A DNA stretch of 64,000 nucleotides. It comes from Chara braunii. Its lineage: Eukaryota > Plantae > Charophyceae. The notes below the pieces were generated by a model. That model was not told the origin of the DNA and did no database searches. It worked only from the letters and a program-made list of their open reading frames with translations. Position 1 is the stretch's first letter; each line of letters opens with the position of its first letter. Shown here in pieces: positions 11,322 to 24,838 of this stretch. The position numbers and the translations under genes are program-made. Location of the stretch: positions 243,148 through 307,147 of the forward strand of contig BFEA01000036.1 of NCBI GenBank assembly GCA_003427395.1, in the 5' to 3' direction.

Positions 11322-12932
11322 ATCATGACATATAATCTGCAATGACTTCCATAATAATCTCGGATTACCTGGGGCCACTCACCTGTGGGTATATCTCAAG
11401 ACTGCCGCCCTCTTTTAAAAAAAAAGAAAAAAGAGGAAAAAGAGGAAGGGCTCTCCCTGATGAATGTTCTTTTTCGGTCGAGCGCCCGCGCCATTCCGGT
11501 GAGCGCTAGGAAGGTCCGCTAACTTCCGAGCTGTGATCACAGCGCACTCTCACAGGCTGCTTGCTTTCGGGGCCGTTTGCTTTCGCGCGCACCCGCCATT
11601 TTTCGAATTCGCATGGAGCAGAGAGGGTTTTCATGAGGCAAAAATACAGGAAGCCACGTCATGCCACGCCCCAGGGCATGACACCTCTAACCACAAGCAA
11701 CCACAAGGGAGGAGAAGAAGAGGAAGAGGGAGGAATACGACAGCAAGGAGGAGGACAAAGGGAGGAGCAAGTTACGCCTAAGTGGAGGAAAAGACAAGGG
11801 ATCTAGGGGGGGAAATAAGCCGGGCGGAAAATTTCCAAACACGGGAGAAGGAAAGGGAAGGACAAACACAGCAAAGCACTGCACAAGCGAGGAAGGAAGC
11901 GACAACACAACCAAGCACATCAGCATGGCGACCTACAAGGTGCAAACAGCCTACTCCCCCATCCGAAGGTAAGAGCCGAAGTTCACCTCTGCATCCACCC
12001 TCACCGCGCGCAAGGGACAACAAGAGGACGACAAGATTTCCAAGGGAGAAGAGCAACAGTCGAGAGCCGAGAACAAACGACAACCAATTCGACCTAGTAA
12101 TCATCCTGTGTGTCTTCTCCCGTTTTTTAGAGAGATTGAAGGGACGAACATCGCGATCGCATTTACCGTATACGGCATAGATCGTGCGGTAGAGCATAGA
12201 GTTCACCACAAAGTAGACAGGAACGGATTCCCAGGGGAGCACAGGGACCGATTTCGAAGGACCAGTCCACCTTAGATCAATTACGCACGAATCCGAGCTG
12301 TGAAGGAAGCCCCACCATCCGGCGCAGCGGAACGCATCTCCAATCCGGAGTTTTTTTAACGTATCTAGCATCCTCACCAGGAGGAAAACTCCGGTTTCGC
12401 TCACCCCACACACCGCCCCCTTCACCAATAACCACCTTCCCCAACAAAACAATAATACCACACTCCTCCCCGCACTTTGCTCTCTTCCACCATCAACCCC
12501 CCCCCCCCCCCCCCCCAACGGCCCCCCCCGGAGCCCCACTGCGTACTTCATCCAGGACAGCGCCCTCCACCCACCCACGAATCACTCGCCCAAACGGCAC
12601 ACGAGCGAAATCAAGCTACGGATTCGGTTCAAACAAACATATAGAATATCAATCTTGGGTATTCCCTATTTCATTCCCTTTTAATCAACAAGCGTTTCCC
12701 ATTTTTCACTTACTGAATTCTTACACTACATCACAACTCAATTTATTTAAGCCACAAATAATTTGAAGAAGGACAACCGAACAAAGATAGAGGATTTGAC
12801 AAGCGAGCGCGTGATACCCCATTTTGGATCAGCCTTCGCTTTATTTTTTCAGGAAATAGCATACAACACTATCTCCCCTTTTCGACATTCCATTTTAAGA
12901 TTATATATTATTATTATTATTACCTGGTTAAT

Positions 12933-15900
12933 TTGACTCGCTACTGCTCACGACCACCAAGGCGGGGAGGGAAAGTGTTACCACGGACACACTCCACTCC
13001 CAAAATCCCCGCAGCTCCACCCGACCAGAACTCCGATCCCCAAGCCGGGAGAAGAATCGCTGAGGAAGTTTGTGCATTTTTCAAGTACAGTCAATCGCGC
13101 CCGCTGTTAAACCAGACAAGAGAGCCACGAACATCCGTCTGAGTCCCGACAGGGGAACCGATTGAGGATTGTGCCCCCCATCACACACCATCAGCAAGAG
13201 GGAGAGAGAGGACCACAACATTGGTCAGATAACCTGCAACTTGGAATTTCCTTCAAGTCTAAGGGATCGACTACTACTAAATTGCTAAAGGCAGTAGTAC
13301 ACCATGGCGATGACCTACATCCAAGCGGCCAGAAGGGGCCTGGCCGCGGAAGAAAAAGCCCAATCAGAGGAAAAATCATGCTGAAGCGAGCCTCTGTACC
13401 AGGGGCCAAACGATTCATCACAAGCTACCCCTCAAGGAATACAGAAAACAGCACCGGCACAAAAATCATTGGGTTAATGAGCGATGGATTTCCTGATGAG
13501 CAAAACGGAAATCAAATCAGAAATAATAAAGACGAGGGAAATAATAAAAAAACAGCGCAGGTGAACAGACAGAGGTCGAAGTGTGGGAATAGCCCAAACA
13601 AGACCTGCTATTGCTGAATGAACTCTACGAAAAGCACACAGTACTGTTCAACTTCACGAACAAGAACAGGGACCTCCCTCTAATAAACGAGAAGAGAAAA
13701 TGGGTCATGGACAGACTCATGGAAATGGAGAGTATTCCAGGTATAAAACTGGAAGTGTCTTACCACAGAAGGGATAGGTACACAGTCATGGTCTTCTGTG
13801 TTGATCCATCCTACGCGCAGTTCCTGTCTCTCTAGGTACACTGAAATGCAAGGGGTCAGTGTCACCATCCAAAATTGGAAACCCCCACGTGAGTCACAGG
13901 CAGAAGCTTCGAGACACAGACAAACAATGCTTAGAAACCACTTCTGGGTACAATTTGACAATCTGTCCGAGGGAATGCACAACTGTGTTAAAAGCAGGCT
14001 TCAAGAGGAATACCCCAATAACCCAATCATCGACTAGCTGCCAACGAATCCGGATTTCATGGCACCTAACCGCGATGCACGGGTCGCTTGCCTGGAGGTG
14101 TCGTCTAGCACACCACCGAATCTTCCGGAGGCGTAGATCTTCCGAAAGAACGGGCAACGGGTGACCGTGTTTATCTCCACAAAAACGAACCCATACTGCT
14201 TTTGCTGCAGAAACAGAGGGCATCTGGGAGCGAACTACCCCCAAAACGGGGATAAGGGAAGGAAAGTTGTCCTAAAACAATCAATGCTGGTAGAATGCGA
14301 TATAAAACCAGGGGTATGTTTCATCAATGAAACCCAATACAAAGGTTGGGTATTCAATGACAACCTAGAGAGGCCCAAATGGATTTGGGTTCTCAACGGA
14401 GAACCCAAACTCAAGCCAGACATCTACCCGCCATACGACAACAGATGGAGAGAGGTAGGAGTTGAACGAATGGAAGACAAAAACACAGGCTACATAACAG
14501 AACATATCATCAACGAAACATGCCTGCTAGATGAGAAGCAGAGAATGGAATCAATGAACAAGCTCCACACAGTTGGACATAATGCAAAAAAAACATATTT
14601 GGAGAACACGAGAGCCAGAACCAACCCGTACTCCCGACAGAGCTCATCGAGCTCCACTCCAAGAGCGTTTTCAGCCAACGCACGAAACAAGGATAACTTG
14701 CAAATTGACAGATCTCTCAAACGTAAAGCAGACAAAGGAGAGGTCAAATCCACTACAGCTCCCTTTAGCAACGGATATGGATGAAGATCGCTCACAGGGA
14801 ACAAAAAACGAGGACTCCATGGACTGCACACAGCAGGCAACTGCATCACACAACAAAGAAGATACAAAAGGAAACAGAAAAAAACGAGGACTGACGCACA
14901 ATCCAGCGATTCGGAAGAATTGGATGAAGGAGAGGATGCAACAAGTGAGGAAACAGACAAGGAAGACAGGCATGGGAGACAAAGATGACACAAACTCTCG
15001 AGATTACATCCACCAGTATGTGCGCTCGCTGGAGAGGGACATAACAGTTGAGTTCAAGGTAAGACTGGCTCACCACAAACACCTAAGAAACCTCAAAGCA
15101 GCAACCCAAGTGGCAGATGACATAACACTATAACAAATTTGAAATTTTACAGAAGGAGAGAGAAATCAACGAATTCTACGCTGCTCAATACAGCCTGAAA
15201 CCAAGGTAGAAAAGAACACAATCACGGTGGACCCAAGCAGGTATGAACAAAGATTCAAATGGCCCAAATCCTAAAAGGAACAAACATCCGATAAAAGGGC
15301 AAAAGAGAGCCCAACCAAGGAGGGCCATGGCTCCACGACAGTCCAAGAACAGGTGACAAAACCACCACCACAGGACTCAAAATCAACAGAAGAAGACAAG
15401 CAGCCATCTTGGAAGCACAAGTGAACATGTTGAGGGATCAAAATAGAGAACTAGACAAGAGTTGTCTCAATCTCAAAGACATTGCATCAGGCCAACACAA
15501 GGAGAGGCTGCAGTCAGGCTTGATTTAAGGTCTGGCCCCAAAAGACAAACACTTATCCCATACCGGTGGAACAACACATACGAAACATGGGAGATTGCTT
15601 ACCACAAATCCTATTCCCTGATCTCAATCCTGGATCACGATCTCACAAAGGAGTTACTCCAGGAATGCATAAGCGACAATATACCAGAGAGGGTGCAAAT
15701 TTTGGGAACCAAGGAAGAGGGATGGGAAGAATGGAAGGACGGTGAGGAAGAGATATAGACAACTGATCTCAAACCACTATTGATGGAACTAGAAGAATCA
15801 GCTGAACTCAAGGGGGATCATTGCTGGGCCCCGTGGCAGGTAGTAGAATCGATACCCTACGGTCTGCTAGGAGGGGAAGTTGCGGCAGAAAGAGCAGCCC

Positions 15901-16060
15901 AAAGCTTTACACTAGTTACAACGTACGGAGTTCAACACGTCACCCAAGACCCTTAGGCAAAAACTTCCAGGAACGATCTCAACCGGAAGAGACATAATAC
16001 CGGCCAGTTCCTAAATGCCTGCACAGTAATACAAATGGCTCAGAGGACCGCACTGTTCTA
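12933..16060 (+). pseudogene. LINE ORF1 (gag-like, zinc knuckle), broken
   Basis: VTIQNW...FWVQFDNL and YCFCCRNRGHLGANYP (degenerate CCHC) lie upstream of ORF2; boundaries approximate. Confidence 0.7.
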
Positions 16061-16065
16061 AAACC

Positions 16066-19000
16066 ATGGGGGACAGCACAAGGAACAAACAACCCAACCC
16101 AAGTCGTAAAACGTGGGGACTCTGCAAGTGGGAGCTGGATCGGAAAATCGTGTCATGGGACATTAATGGCATACCTTCCCTCTTGACCAATCAACGTAAA
16201 TGGGATATCTTCTTAAAAGAATAGGACTGGTTTGAGAAATCACCACCCAATCTACTATGTATTTAGGAAAGCCATTTGACAGACTCAAATGAACACCAGT
16301 CTATCCGAGATCAATTAACTAAAAAACTCAGATGGGTCAAGGAAGTACTATGGGCACCGTCCCCCCACCTGCACTCAGCAGGCGTCATTATTCTGATCCA
16401 TGCTAAAACCAAAGCTTCAAACAAAATACTCACAACCTCGACAAGGATAGACTCTCAAGAAGGCAGATGGGCAAAACTAAATTTCCAGCTTTTAGAAGAA
16501 CACTTTAGACTAATCACCATCTACTGCCCGAACACACTTACCCATAGGAGAAGGTTCCTAGAAAACCTATCCCCCAAATGTGATCCTCACACACACTTGA
16601 TCCTAGCAAGGGACTGGAACGTCACGCTGGACCCAACGAAGGACCACATATCAGGAGGCCAGATGGGTACAAAGAGCACAGCCTGGAATGAGCACTCCCA
16701 ATTCACGACCTGCTAACTGAAAGATTCTCATTGATCCCTACAGAGGTAAGCACCCGGACAGCAAAGAGTTTACATACATCAAAAGAAATCGAAGTCAGCA
16801 CATTTCAGCCTCAAGAATATATGTTTTCTTAGTCACTGAATCACTATTAGGGACTACTAAATGCCAAAATCGAAAGACTTCCTTCCTACACAGGTCTGGA
16901 TTACAAGTTGACCACAATTTCACAAGGCATAGGCATCTCCCCAAATAAAGGCCGCAATTTCTTTAAAATAAACAATTCATTACTACAAACACAAGAAATA
17001 AGGGAAGTCGTAGGTGTTGGGGACTCAGCAGTGATCGGGGAGCCGACGGGAGGCTGCATGCACCAGGTTCAGCCAACTCGCCGACGTGGTGGCCTCGCAA
17101 AACTCACTCAAGACTAGGCTCAGGAGGGATAGAAAAAGCAACCTCAACCATACCCACACATGCACTGTAGGTCTCGTCACAAGTCCGGTGCTACCTGCGC
17201 GCATGCGGCTCGGAGCCCCCCCCCCCCAACTCAGAGTCTTTCATCCCCCGTAGCATCCCTGCTGGGAGGCATGATGCGCCACGGTCAGAGGGGTGTTGAT
17301 AGGGACGATCGACCCTGCTAGGAGAGGGTCGCCCGATCGCTCCCGACGGGACGCCATCACCACTAAGTCCACCCCTTTTAGGGCTGAATCCCCCCATGGT
17401 CTCAACAACCCCGAAGGGAGTAATAGCAACCATTACGGCGCTCAAGGTGCCGCATGGAGTCCGCAGACCCGGACAAACTGAACCTTATCCAATCACATGC
17501 GCCCTTAAGAGCGCTTGGTTGCTACACTCAGTGTGCGAATGACATGTGTGTCCTATTCAAAGCCCGTCGCCGGCATATGCACGAGGCCGTGGAGTTTTGA
17601 ACCCACGCCCTCTGGCCACACATGCATTTCCAACCGTTTCCCTAACCACTGGGCTATCATGCCATTCCCGAAGTTATAATATCAACCTGCATTAAACATG
17701 AAAACTCCAACGCAAAATTCCCCGACCTAGTAATGGCCCTGACAGAAGCAACGGCCAAAACCTGAAGGACCCTTGCAACCAAAAGAAAGGCAAGGGAAGA
17801 GGAACTACAAACGACTTTAAAAATAGCGGAAAAGAATCTCAAGCAATTCAGGTCATAGCCTATACAAAAGAGTACTCGAGCAGACCAGGCAGGAACTATC
17901 GGAATGGGAAGACTGAAGAAACAAGGGACTGCGAATGCGAGCAAGAATAAGAAAATGGGAAGAAGGGGAAATTATGACCAAATATTTCTTCCACAAAATC
18001 AAGACGAATGCCAGGAACACACACATCGACCAACTACGAACGGACCAGGGTTTAACATCCAATCCACAGCAAATCCTAGAATCGGCACCGGCCTTCTTTA
18101 AGGACCTCTACACCTCCAAGGAACAAAACGGTAAACAGCAATAAACAACGCAAGCTAGAAACAAGTTCCTTACCTATCTCGATAAAACAATCTCAACCGA
18201 ACAAGCTGCAACACTAGACACCCCAATCACAGAACAAGAAGTTTACGAAGCACTGCGATCGATGAAACTCAACAAAACGCCAGGTATAGACGGCCTCTCC
18301 AAAGAATTCTGGATGACCTTCTGGCCAGCGCTGGGGACAGAGTGCTTCCAATTCTTGGAAAGAGCGTGGGAGGAAGAAACTCTAGGAGCTCTAAAGTACG
18401 GGGGTGGTCTCTCTCCTATACAAAAAGGGCAACCCGACAGACATTAAGAACTATAGACCAATCTCTCTCCTAACAGTCACGTACAAAATCCTAGCTAAAC
18501 TACTAGCCAACAGAATCAGAACAATAACAGCAAACTGCTTTCACCTGGATCAGACCAGATTCATACCAGGCAGATTCATTCTGGACAACATTATCACCCT
18601 CTCAAAATCTGTAAGATACATTCAAGACAAGAGAATGAACGCAGCCATATTATTCGACTTTGAAAAGGCCTATGACCAAGTCAACTGGAACATCCTTCAA
18701 CAAAGCATGAAAAAGATGGGGGTAGGCCCAAACTTTAGGAAATGGGTCAGAATCCTCTACGCGGATGCCCACAGGCGGGTGCAAGTCAACGGGCATATCT
18801 CCCAGCCCTACCGCATGTCACGCTCAGTACGACAGGGGGACCCACTAGCAGCACATATTTTTTTGTTCATCATGGAAGTGATAGCATCATTCCTACGTAA
18901 GGACCCCTCGATAGAGAGACTCATGGAGGAGGGCCACCACACGATAAGCCTCCCCACCACCATTCTCTTCGCCGGTGACTTAACAATGCAAACGCGCCTC

Positions 19001-21240
19001 AGACTCTTCTTTGAGGCGCTGATGCGAGCAATGCAAGCATTTCAAATAGCTTTAGAAATGAAAATCAATTGGCCCAAGACAACATGATAGTGGTTAACTT
19101 ATCCTCTTACCAATATACCCCTAAGCACACCAGAAGGAATTGAATGGTCCAGACTCCAAAGGCAACCAACCCCTCCATTTCTTGGGCATCCAGGTGTCCA
19201 AGGCAGGACCCAACCACTCAATGGCCCCAACAATTATGTGCAAGATGATCGCCAAACTGGGAAGCTGGTCCAGTATATACACTCCAATCTTCGGACGAGC
19301 CCTAATCCTCAATGCTTCCACCTTCTCCATGTTATGGTACGCAGCGACGATATGGAGCTCCCCCAAGCAACTAAGAACCCAACTCAGAAGGAAAGCGGCA
19401 GCCTACCTCTGGTCCGAGGACCCTTCCAAAGCCCACTTTATCCCCAAAGTAGCGTGGAAGTATATCATCATGAAGAAGTCCAAAGGAGGTTTGGGAGTGC
19501 TCGATCCGGAAACACAAATTAAAGCCCTACAGACGAAATGGATCCTCAAAATCATAACAAATGAAAACCTACCTCGGGTCGAACTAGGTTTGCGTAGAAT
19601 AAAACAGATGGCCAAACTAAAAACTCCGGATAACATGATGGGTCTGTTCTTAATCATGGCCAAATCATGGACCATAAAAAACCCAGACAGCGAAGCGGAG
19701 CAAGAGGAACAGGTCACAGAATATAACCAGGACTTCTGGCAGCAACTCCTAAAAAATTGGAGGGAAATATTCTTAGCCAAAGAACCCACAGCGAAGGAAG
19801 AGGTTCTAAGACAGCCTACTTTCTGTAATCAGTGGATTCTTGACAAGCAGGGGACCTGGACACTCACAGCCAAGGACGCCAAATAGGTCACATGGGTGCG
19901 AAGAGGTGTATGGCAAGTCAAACACCGATGGCAACAGTAAGAGAACTGCGTCCAAACTTGAAGGGCTGTCACAATTTACTGGAGAACCTAAATGACATCC
20001 TAACCTCAATCCCTAACAACTGGCTAGATCTACTATTAAAGGGCCCCTCCCAATGGAAAGCAGGTGACTGGGCCACAAGCACAGCAACTGTGCTTCCAGA
20101 TGTGGCCTACCTATTCCGCAAAAGAGAGGGACCAATGAACACCTGGCTCATCTGTGACATGTACCCAATCGAGGACTCAGGAGCGACCACAAGTCTTCTG
20201 GGCAAGGACCCAACATGGGAGAGAACTTTATCGGACAATGCAGTAAGGAAAATAAGAGTAGTCGAGAATGTACAGCGAAGAATTTATGACCCATCAACCA
20301 GCATACTAGATCTAGAACTCAACCCAGCAGAATGGGCCTGGAAACAAAAAAACAGGAAGGCTCAAACTAGAAAAGCGCACTAACATTTTAGAATATACCA
20401 CAAAACTGGGTTACAACCTAAGAATGAGATATCAACTGATAGCACAGATCAACAGTCATAGATGGGAAACTCAACTTAATCAACCACCAGATCGAACCAA
20501 CATTACGTCATGGAACAAAACTCTCGCCATCGCCTCCACCAAGATACGGAGTTTCCAATGGCAACTTGCATACCTAGCCCTTCCAGTCAACCAATGGTTG
20601 AATAAAAGGCACAGTACGCAGTCAAGACCGCCCCTACAGGAACTGTGTGCCATCTGCCAAGAACGCCTCGTGGAGGATGTGGAACACTGTTTATTGTCCT
20701 GCCAAAAGGCCAAGCAGGTCTGGTCCCGCGCGGCTGAGCTATGGCACTCGAGAACAGGCAACCCTGCCATCGGACCTAGTCCCCACCCTCCTGGGACTCC
20801 ACACACCCTCCGCATGGCTAAACTACGAACACACATTCTTCCACACACTGAAGATTAGCCACCCTCTGGATGATATGGAAACGACGATGCCAAGAAGCAA
20901 TTGGCCACACAACAATGGCAACCCAAGAAACGTGGGAGGGAGTATTAAAACAAGTGGAAGTGGAATACAGAGGACGATGGCACAAAACAGTCTAAATCAT
21001 TGAAAGGAACGTAAAAAACAAAGACAAAATAATATAGCAATTCACAAAACAGAAACTGGGAGATGGAAAAATAGCAACAATCATCAACAACAGAATACTA
21101 TTCGGACAATGGAGACACTGCAATATACAACAACAAACGATCTCGGAGATACCAGGAAGTATAGCATATACCCCAAGTGCGGCAATAGACGCAAGCTAAA
21201 ACCCAAGCATAGATCACCAAAGGTAGGGAAAAGCACGACA
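16066..21240 (+). pseudogene. LINE ORF2 (APE-RT-CCHC), inactivated
   Basis: KIVSWDING, SAGVIIL, IYCPN, RDWNV (APE); KTPGIDGL, NYRPISLL, FDFEKAYD, VRQGDPLA, FAGD (mutated FADD); CAICQ...EDVEHCLLSC. Confidence 0.92.
17013..17669 (-). mobile_element. tRNA-derived SINE inserted antisense into LINE ORF2
   Basis: Minus-strand head GGCATGATAGCCCAGTGG (A box) ... GGTTCAAAAC (B box); degenerate TSD GAAGTCGTA/GAAGTTATA; ORF2 reads across once the insert is removed. Confidence 0.8.
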
Positions 21241-21846
21241 GAAGACAAAGATGACTCCTCGACGACACAATCAGAACAAGGTTATAAGAACAAGGTTATA
21301 AGAACAAGGTTTTAGGATTTAGACAGAGTCAAGGGTTTAGAGGCTAGACAGAGCCAGGGCAAGTGAGGTAAAGATAAACCGAGGATAGACAGACAAAAGT
21401 TCGGGCTTCAGACACTCGGGATAAGCATGGTTTAGGATTCCAGAATCCCAAAAAGTCCGCAAGAGCCCCAGACCGCTCTAGCATAAAACATCGACCCTGC
21501 AGCATTACAGCTGAGAGGAGCAGGACTGCGGCCAAACGGATCAGCAAGGGCCAACCACAATAAGTAGTGCAGGCTAACTTAAGCTGGGGTGAGGGGGGTA
21601 CATCCTTCCACACGGAAGTAATCAATGCCGTCCACTCGGGCCTCCCAGCCATAATGGGAAGGAGTGTGCGTGAGTCTCCGCTGTATTCCATATTGACTTA
21701 CCATGGAATAGGGACCAGGAGCCAGAACCATGAGGTTCTGTTCTATTAAAAAAAAAAAAAAAAGGAAGGGCTCTACCTAATTTCACCACTTCATTCGTAG
21801 GCAAACTGTGTGAAAAAAGGCAAGGAAAGATCACCTCCAGAGTTTT

Positions 21847-22320
21847 ATTCTGCACCTTTGCGGTTTGGGGAAGGAAAACGCAATGAAAAGATGCATTTGC
21901 AACAAAAAAGTTGCATGTGTGAGTGCTCCAACAGTAGCATCCATGCCGGAAACAAACACGATAGAGCATACTCTCAGACTTCCAAACTCTGCCAATAGGT
22001 CAGTTAGGTTCCCCACATGGGATCGGGTAGAGGACCAGTTTCCCAACGGGCATACCTCCTGTCATTTTAGACTACAACAGGATTGAAGGCATTGTTGCAG
22101 TCTGGGGAAAGACAATCCAATGAACAGAGCCATTTGCAACAAAAGAAGCGCATGCGTTCCAACAGTTGCATGGTGCATGTGCTCCAACAGTTGCATCCAT
22201 GCCGAAAACAATCAGGATAGAGCACACTCTCGGACTTCCAAACTCTGCCAATAGGCCAGTTGGAAGCTACCCCACATGGCATCGTGTAGAGGAACAGTTT
22301 CTCAACCGGCATACCCCCTG
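21847..22320. repeat. ~240-bp diverged tandem duplication
   Basis: CATTTGCAACAAAA...GACTTCCAAACTCTGCCAATAGG...CCCACATGG present twice. Confidence 0.85.
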
Positions 22321-22645
22321 ATGCTTCCGCATATAGCAGGTTTTGTGCTCTCTTTTACACCCAAGGCAAAATCGTAAGATTGTCTGCTCAATGCCGCTCG
22401 GGGGTACCAACGGCCTATCTCTAGGTAGCGGGCGCCAAGTTTGCCCAGTTCGTACAGGAGAGGGGACAGGAGGGGATGCACAACAACTGGCCCATCAAAG
22501 AAGCTCGGTCCTGATGCTACCAGCTGACCCCTGGCCAGTATCACCCACGGCAGGTCAGGTGCAACCCCCTCGTATTCCCTTGTTGGAGGCTCAAGATTAC
22601 GATCTTCGTCAAATGGGTGGACCATTTTCCTCCTGATGGGTGTCG

Positions 22646-24551
22646 TTTTCCGAGCCATTTTTCTCCAATGCAGCTGCACGGATGCCACGTCTGGCAGGAT
22701 TCACCCGCTTGCCACTTTGCTTGGCAAACCTCCAGGCAAAATGAACAGCGCCGAGGTCCTGTTTTACCTGGCCATGCATCCTGTCCGACGCAGCAAGCAT
22801 GCAGCCGCGTTGGAGAAAAATGGCTGGGAAACATACTGGTTGTTTAAGCAAAAGCCAGGTATGGGCCCTGATATCATCTTTATGTTTTTTTGTTTATTGT
22901 AACATCACAGTCCTGCAGCATCTGTGACATCTAGCCCAAGCTGTGTAATGGCCCCAGTAAACTCCTGCTCTTGTTGTGTCTGCATGGGACGCTGGACCCG
23001 GTTTCCAGCAGGCAAGGCTCCCCACCCACAGACTGGAGCAAAGGTCCTGGGAGCACTATTTGGAGGTGCTCTTACCACACCAAAAAAGAGTGCAGCTCCT
23101 CTGTCCTGGTGGTGGTGAGAGATATCTTTGTATTCCAAATTCATCATGGAAGCCTTGGGCACTAGGCCTGTTTTTGCCAAAAAAAAATAAAAAAAAATGG
23201 ATTCAAAACTCAAGAGAGATTCATACCAATTTTTTTAACGATCACTGATTAACACCAGGACGAGATAGATGATTGATTCTAACATCGTAATTACGAGAGG
23301 TTCAGTAAGAGCAACAAGGGAGGAGGAAATATGTGAACAGATGACCAGCACCATTGATAATGAGTATGCTCACATTCCATAGAGAACTGCGGGCACAAGG
23401 GTTTCCTGGTTACCTGTTTGTGGAAGCAGCAAGGAAAGTTTCAAGAAAGGTGGGAGGGAGGGTCTGGGACGGGCTCACGTCGCACCTGGTACGACTGTAT
23501 GGGGTACACCACAGGGACGGCGTACAGCAGTACAAGAAGAGACCGAGGAAAACTGCTGATACTACCTGCAGAGAACGGAAGATTCAGTGCAAAAACACAG
23601 GATTTGATATCGGCCATGTAATCTGAGCCTTCGGCACGTAGCGATTGATGACGTACGCCATGGCGGTAACGACCACATGAAAGTACCTCAAGAGTCTCGA
23701 CAGATATCTGGACTTGAAATACAGGGCGGCTATCCGATGGGACCAAAAAAATGTTTTTGATCGCACAGTGATCTTTTCAGCGTAACCTTCATAATTTTAT
23801 TTTCTCTTAGTTACCAGAGGGCCTATGCAGATCTGCATGGTGCGCAGGTCTGGACTCTGAAGATAAAAGGATTTGTTTTTTGCAAACGTTTACGCGGGGT
23901 TACCCATGGTAGTGAGTTCTTCACTAGTGCTTAAAGAGGAGCCGAGGGAGTACTCGGCAGCAGTCTGTGCGAAACGGGGTAGAAGGCTGTTGAGGCGTGT
24001 GGAACACCATGCTACAAAAAGCCTACAATGTAATTTGTTTTGTGATAGGTAAACTCCGAATTACATTGTTTTTACGATTCCTCTATATTGCCTTCATTGT
24101 TTTTACGATTTCTCTATATTGCCTTAAAAAATTGGGTAGGGATCTCCATGTTTTTTTCTTTTTGTTGTTGTTGGCAAAAACAGGCCTAGTGCCCAAGGCT
24201 TCGATGATGAATTGGGAATACAAAGATCTCTCTCACCATCACCAGGACAGACGAGCTGCACGGTGACATTGAGGGGAAAAACAAAAAAAAGATGATCAGG
24301 GCCCATACCTGGCTTTGGCTTAAACAACCAGTATGTTTCCCAGCCATTTTTCTCCAACGCTGCTGCATGCTTGCTGCGCCGGGCGGTATGCACTGGCCGA
24401 ACATTTTGCTAAGAACACCGAGTGCGACTCGTTTTTCCTGGAGGTTTGTCTTGGAAAACATTCAAGCAAAGTGGCAGGCCGGTGCGTCGCGCCAGATGCG
24501 ACATGGATGCAGCCGCCTCAGAGAAAAATTGCTGTGAAATGTACTAGTGGT
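22646..24551. repeat. Inverted duplication (22646-23237 vs 24123-24551) of a MITE plus retro-tail composite
   Basis: The same junction (MITE end, CCAGGTATGGGCCCTGAT, GCCTTGGGCACTAGGCCTGTTTTTGCC, A-tail) appears in both orientations; complete TTAA MITE at 24324-24551. Confidence 0.85.
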
Positions 24552-24652
24552 TTAAGGAAAACGACATCCACCAAGCTGGAAAACAGTCCAGCGGCCTATT
24601 TTACCAAGCTATTGGTGAGGAGTGGCTCCTGCTGGAAAACGGGTCCACGTCC

Positions 24653-24838
24653 CATATGGTACATGATACAAGAGAAAATCTAAACGTGTCTGAGCGTGTC
24701 TGAAAGTGGTGTCTTTTAATGAGTAATCAACGAGTTCTTTTTGGAATATGGTACATGATACAAGAGAAAATCTGAACGTGTCTGAGAGTGTCTGAAAGTG
24801 GTGTCTTTTAATGAGTAATCAATGAGTTCTTTTTGGAA
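24653..24838. repeat. ~92-bp tandem duplication
   Basis: ATATGGTACATGATACAAGAG...TTCTTTTTGGAA x2. Confidence 0.95.

Larger units (their letters stand above)
11455..21762 (+). mobile_element. Apparently full-length, decayed L1/Tx1-type LINE (~10.3 kb including a SINE insert)
   Basis: TSD AGGAAGGGCTCT at 11443-11454 and 21763-21774; poly(A) 21748-21762; ORF1 and ORF2 remnants. Confidence 0.92.

Noticed and set aside
11457-11520. CTGATGA at the LINE 5' end as a hammerhead
   Set aside because: No stem II followed by GAAA.
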